A DNA stretch of 64,000 nucleotides, taken from the IMG/VR virus record IMGVR_UViG_3300033145_001721, positions 1 to 64,000 of that record; one strand, 5' to 3'. The notes beneath the pieces are model-generated. The model worked only from the letters and a program-made list of their open reading frames with translations. It was not told the origin of the DNA and did no database searches. The position numbers and the translations under genes are program-made. This stretch comes from a virus. Below, in pieces: positions 59,904 through 64,000 of this stretch (its first letter is position 1; each line of letters begins with the position of its first letter).

Positions 59904-59940
59904 ATAAAATTCCATGCGATAATATATTATAATTGCACAC

Positions 59941-60957
59941 GTGTTTAGACTACGAATTATAGAAAGAGCTAATATGGGCAAGCCCAAAGTGCTTAAGTAT
60001 AACCTCGAAAACATACCAACTCGCAAAGACGTCTTCGGCAATGAACGAAAAGACTTATCGGTCAAAGGCCGAATAGGATTTGTACCAATATCTATTTGGC
60101 GGTGTGATTGGGGATTGGTTAAAAAACTGAAATGCATAATTGGCGATTTTGGTCAGGTCCGATCATTAGATCAAACACAGTCTTCGGGAATTTGCGGGCA
60201 TAGACATAAATCTCAAAATGCACGCACGTACGAAAATACATACTGTCACAGTATGCAAAACAAATCTACGGGTGGTTGGCACCGAATCGGTTCCCGATAT
60301 GGAGATCGCAGCACAGACGCTGATGATAACGTTTCCATATTCAATCCGCATTTAGCATTGATGATTCTTTCGGCGTACTGTCCAAAAGGGGCATACATTT
60401 ACGACCCATTTGCTGGGGGTGGCACGCGCGGATTCATCGCAACCGCAATGGGATTCAAATATTATGGGCGGGAGATACGTCAAATCGAAGTAAATCGGAT
60501 AAAACGAGTCCAAAAAAAATTGAAACTCAAATTTCATATCTTCTGTGCAGATGCGAAAAGCGATCCACCAAAAAATGAACGGTTTGACTTTAGTTACACA
60601 TGCCCCCCATATTGGAATATGGAAGTCTATTCCAATTTACCGGATGACATTTCTAATGCCAATACATACCAAGAGTTTCTCTCTGGTATGAAAAAAGCGT
60701 TGATCAGTACATACAAAGCCCTTAAACCCGGCACGTTATCAATTTGGGTTGTTGGAAATTTTAGGCAAGGACACAGATTAATTCATTTTAATGGTGATTT
60801 GATACACAAAGCAGAAGAAGTCGGTTTCCAACTTCATGATGAAATTATTTTCTGGGGAGGATCTGGACGAGCAGGCCTCCGCTCGGGGAACTTCGTAAAA
60901 AACAGAAAGTCAGTTAGAATTCACGAATATGTAATAATACTGAAAAAGCCGAATTAA
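59941..60957 (+). CDS. DNA amino-methyltransferase (N4C/N6A)
   Basis: YDPFAGGG motif I; TCPPYW motif IV; ALKPG; HEYVII. Confidence 0.8.
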   Translation: MFRLRIIERANMGKPKVLKYNLENIPTRKDVFGNERKDLSVKGRIGFVPISIWRCDWGLVKKLKCIIGDFGQVRSLDQTQSSGICGHRHKSQNARTYENTYCHSMQNKSTGGWHRIGSRYGDRSTDADDNVSIFNPHLALMILSAYCPKGAYIYDPFAGGGTRGFIATAMGFKYYGREIRQIEVNRIKRVQKKLKLKFHIFCADAKSDPPKNERFDFSYTCPPYWNMEVYSNLPDDISNANTYQEFLSGMKKALISTYKALKPGTLSIWVVGNFRQGHRLIHFNGDLIHKAEEVGFQLHDEIIFWGGSGRAGLRSGNFVKNRKSVRIHEYVIILKKPN

Positions 60958-60965
60958 CCAACATG

Positions 60966-61033
60966 TAGGAGTATTAACAATGGTTAAAATCAAACGTGAA
61001 CAATTATTGAAAGAACTGAATTCAGTCGTTCCC
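60966..61033 (+). repeat. 68-bp direct repeat copy 2 (RBS + first 18 codons of clamp gene)
   Basis: Matches 59836-59903. Confidence 0.92.
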
Positions 61034-62005
61034 GGGCTATCAGAGCGCGAGATTATTGAACAATCATCATGCTTTGTATTCAAGGACGGAAACGTTTACA
61101 CATTCAATGACGAAATAGCTTGTTGGGCTAAATCCTCTTTGGACATCACTGGAGCGGTATCCGCTAAAAAGCTGATAAGTCTACTGCAAAGTATGTCTGA
61201 AGAAAGGCTGGACGTCAACGCATCCAAAAACGGCAAGCTGGTTATCAAGGGGATACACAAGCGAGCTACATATGCTCTTGAATCTCGTATCGCTCTGCCC
61301 ATTGATTCTATCAAGAAACCCAAAACGTGGAAATCACTACCATCTGATTTTCTCGAAGGGCTGTCCCTAGTAGCTGATTGTGCAGGCCGAGATGAATCAA
61401 ACTTTGTTTTGACTTGTATCCATATCGCACCAGACAAACTTGAAGCAAGCGACAACGATCGTGTAGCTAAGTTCATCACAAAAACCCGCGTGCGTAAATC
61501 CATGCTTATCCGCAAAGACACCATCAAACATCTGGTCGCTGCCGGAGTGACTTATTTTGGAGAAACATCTGATTGGGTTCACTTTCGTACCGGCAAAGGC
61601 CCAATCATTTGTTGCCGACGATACACCGAAAGCTTCCCTAACACAGATAAGGCTTTTCAAATCAGCGGGAAGAAAATGAGCCTGCCGGAAGGGTTGGAAA
61701 AAGCTTCTCGTCGTGCTGCTATTTTCAGTGCTGACAATCCAGAAGACAGTGACATATTTGTCACACTCACTACCAATAGGGCCCTGATTAGAGGCACAGG
61801 CACAGGTGGGGAGTTTCAGGAAATCAAAAAGATAGCGTATACAGGAAAACCCTTAACCTTTTTGATTTCTCCCACACAACTGATTGCATTAACCCGCAAG
61901 CATAACAGCTGTATTGTAGCACAAGAAAAGCTAAAATGCAAAAGCGGACAATTTGAATTCGTAGCTGCGTTGGGTGTGACTCCGCAAGAAGATGAGAATG
62001 TGTAA
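60980..62005 (+). CDS. dnaN: DNA polymerase sliding clamp (beta subunit-like)
   Basis: IKREQLLKELNSV, DES..VLTCIHI....LEASD..R, FPN; 341 aa. Confidence 0.75.
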   Translation: MVKIKREQLLKELNSVVPGLSEREIIEQSSCFVFKDGNVYTFNDEIACWAKSSLDITGAVSAKKLISLLQSMSEERLDVNASKNGKLVIKGIHKRATYALESRIALPIDSIKKPKTWKSLPSDFLEGLSLVADCAGRDESNFVLTCIHIAPDKLEASDNDRVAKFITKTRVRKSMLIRKDTIKHLVAAGVTYFGETSDWVHFRTGKGPIICCRRYTESFPNTDKAFQISGKKMSLPEGLEKASRRAAIFSADNPEDSDIFVTLTTNRALIRGTGTGGEFQEIKKIAYTGKPLTFLISPTQLIALTRKHNSCIVAQEKLKCKSGQFEFVAALGVTPQEDENV

Positions 62006-62052
62006 TGCAATAAAACCCATACGAATCATTCATCAGTGCTTATCTCAAAAGA

Positions 62053-63330
62053 TTGAGGACCAAATCAAGCTATGAAAAAGTTGGAAGAAATGTGATGAGA
62101 AAAGGATTCTTTGTCCCAAGCGACATATCCACATCCAAATCTATGAGCACAACCCCTCGTTGTGGTTTGTGCAATTTACATCGTACATGCATACATCCCA
62201 AGATGCCGCCTACGGGTAAAGGCCACAAACGATTATTGTTTGTGGCTGAAGCTCCAGGTGGTTTGGAAGATGAAAAGAACACACAACTCATCGGAAAATC
62301 TGGGCAGTACTTGCGATCAATGTTGAAACGTTATGGAATAGACTTAGACAAAGATGCCCGAAAAACGAATGCTGTAATTTGTTGTCCACCAAAAAACGAA
62401 AAGCCAACAAGCGTTCAAATTGCGGCCTGCCGTCCAAACGTGCTGAAAGAAATTGTACGTTTCCAACCTACCTGTATCGTATTGTTAGGTGCCACAGCAG
62501 TTGAATCTGTCATACCTATTTTCTGGAAAGACAAAGTCGATGCATTCTCACGATGGACCGGATGGCAGATACCAATACAAAGCAAAAACGTTTGGGTGTG
62601 CCCTACTTATCATCCAGCGTACATACTACGCAAACCGGGAAAACAATACACACTGCTTTTCAAACAACACATCAAGGCTGCTGTCAAATTGCAAAAACCA
62701 CCATGGGTAAAGGTGCCAGATTTCAGTACTGGAATTGAAATTATCACATCCCCATCACAAGCGGGTCGATACCTACATCAACTATATCGATCTAAGCCCA
62801 CACACACCACCTGGGACTTGGAAACGTCCAGCCTGAAGCCTGATACCCCTGGATCGGAGATCGTTTGTTGTAGCGTGTGTACGGGGCCAGAAACAGTAGT
62901 GTTTCCCTGGGCTGGCGACGCAGTAGACGAAATGTTAGAGATTCTCCAAAATCCACACATCCGAAAGATAGCAGCCAACAATAAGTTTGAGCACCGTTGG
63001 ATTCTACACAAACACAAAGTGCACGTAAATGGTTGGTATTATGATGTAGTGCTTGGGGCACACGCTTTGGATAATAGACCAAAAGTCACAGGTGTAAAAT
63101 TCCAATCATTTGTGCGACTAGGGCAACAAAGTTACAATGATCATATCGAACCATACTTACGTGCAGCCTCGTACAAACTCAACAGAATCCTTCAACTGCC
63201 TATTACTGAAGTAATGTTGTACTGTGGAATAGATTCAAAAGTAGAAAACGAATTGGCACTAATACAAATACCCGAACTGATAAAACAAGGAAAGGTTCAC
63301 CGACGTGCAATGCAAACCTATAACGCATGA
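62053..63330 (+). CDS. family 4 uracil-DNA glycosylase domain fused to PolA 3'-5' exonuclease
   Basis: CGLC..C, AEAPG..ED, GKSG, NAVICCP, YHPAY; then DLET, N.KFE, Y...D; start likely MRKGFF. Confidence 0.85.
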   Translation: MRTKSSYEKVGRNVMRKGFFVPSDISTSKSMSTTPRCGLCNLHRTCIHPKMPPTGKGHKRLLFVAEAPGGLEDEKNTQLIGKSGQYLRSMLKRYGIDLDKDARKTNAVICCPPKNEKPTSVQIAACRPNVLKEIVRFQPTCIVLLGATAVESVIPIFWKDKVDAFSRWTGWQIPIQSKNVWVCPTYHPAYILRKPGKQYTLLFKQHIKAAVKLQKPPWVKVPDFSTGIEIITSPSQAGRYLHQLYRSKPTHTTWDLETSSLKPDTPGSEIVCCSVCTGPETVVFPWAGDAVDEMLEILQNPHIRKIAANNKFEHRWILHKHKVHVNGWYYDVVLGAHALDNRPKVTGVKFQSFVRLGQQSYNDHIEPYLRAASYKLNRILQLPITEVMLYCGIDSKVENELALIQIPELIKQGKVHRRAMQTYNA

Positions 63331-64000
63331 CGGATACCATTTGTTTCAACAAGGATCGATCACACTGGCTGAAATGGAGTGTAACGGATTTTGTATTGAT
63401 ACCGCATATATAGCACGTGCCCAAAAACATTTAAGCGTGAAAATTCAAACGCTTACAGAACGCATGAAAAAGGATAAGGTCTATCGTGTTTGGAAACGAA
63501 AGTATGGCCTTAAAATGAACTTTGGTAGTAGGGAACAATTAGGAGATATTGTTTTCAACGAACTTAAATTGGCGGAAGGCACGAAGACTAAAACAGGGAG
63601 GTACAAAGCCGACAAAGCAGCACTTGAAAATATCGACGTGCCCTTTTTAGAATGGTATACTAAACTCGAACAGTTTAAGAAAGCTAAAGGTACATACCTT
63701 AACGGAATTCAACGACATACAGATTCAGAAGGTTTCATACATCCATTTTTTGGTTTGGATACAGTCCGAACATTTCGGGGCTCGTGTGCTGATCCGAATC
63801 TACAAAATATACCAGTCCGCGATCCCATTATCAAAAAACTCATACGTCGTGGATTCATCCCACGCGAACCGAATAGACATATTGTGGAACATGATTTCAG
63901 CGGTGTAGAAGTAAAAACGGCTGCATGCTATAATCACGACCCAACACTTATCCAATACATTAAAGACAAAAAGTCTGACATGCACCGAGATATGTGCATG
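63305..64000 (+). CDS. family A DNA polymerase, polymerase domain (3' truncated)
   Basis: GTG start after GGAAAGG; LAEMECNGF.ID, NFGS.EQL, TFRGSC.DPNLQNIP, DFSGVEV, DMH. Confidence 0.88.
   Translation, partial: MQCKPITHDGYHLFQQGSITLAEMECNGFCIDTAYIARAQKHLSVKIQTLTERMKKDKVYRVWKRKYGLKMNFGSREQLGDIVFNELKLAEGTKTKTGRYKADKAALENIDVPFLEWYTKLEQFKKAKGTYLNGIQRHTDSEGFIHPFFGLDTVRTFRGSCADPNLQNIPVRDPIIKKLIRRGFIPREPNRHIVEHDFSGVEVKTAACYNHDPTLIQYIKDKKSDMHRDMCM

Noticed and set aside
1-64000. Integrase, att sites, IS elements, introns/inteins, tRNAs
   Set aside because: None recognisable in this window

Overview
This window is most of a tailed dsDNA phage genome (siphovirus-like, long non-contractile tail). No integrase, tRNA, rRNA or CRISPR array was seen. 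It has two divergent arms around a promoter region at about 43.85-44.05 kb. The minus-strand arm (43.8 kb to 0.5 kb) carries terminases, portal and head morphogenesis genes, then a ~9 kb accessory insert (lysis-like genes, a Dam-like MTase, a sigma factor, and a non-coding hairpin cluster). It continues with head and tail genes (tail chaperone -1 frameshift, tape measure, Dit, depolymerase-like protein, gpL/K/J-like) and ends in a 10-gene glycosylation/tailoring cluster. The plus-strand arm (44 kb to 64 kb) carries a sigma-like factor, SNF2 helicase, primase, ParB, DnaB-like helicase, a candidate DNA-modification cluster (two radical SAMs, aldo-keto reductase, aminoacyl-transferase-like, MTase), a beta clamp, UDG-exonuclease and a split PolA. 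The best candidates for new biology are: (1) a promoter-driven tandem array of long-loop hairpin RNAs with anti-Shine-Dalgarno loops at 34.8-35.14 kb; (2) up to four accessory genes flanked by duplicated copies of a neighbouring gene end, with no recombinase in view; (3) the virion-linked glycan tailoring pathway; (4) the radical SAM/AKR/aminoacyl-transferase cluster; (5) a dispersed ~90 bp symmetric element. Product calls come from motif recognition by eye, not from database searches. Lipoproteins and spanin-like genes suggest a diderm host (inference).
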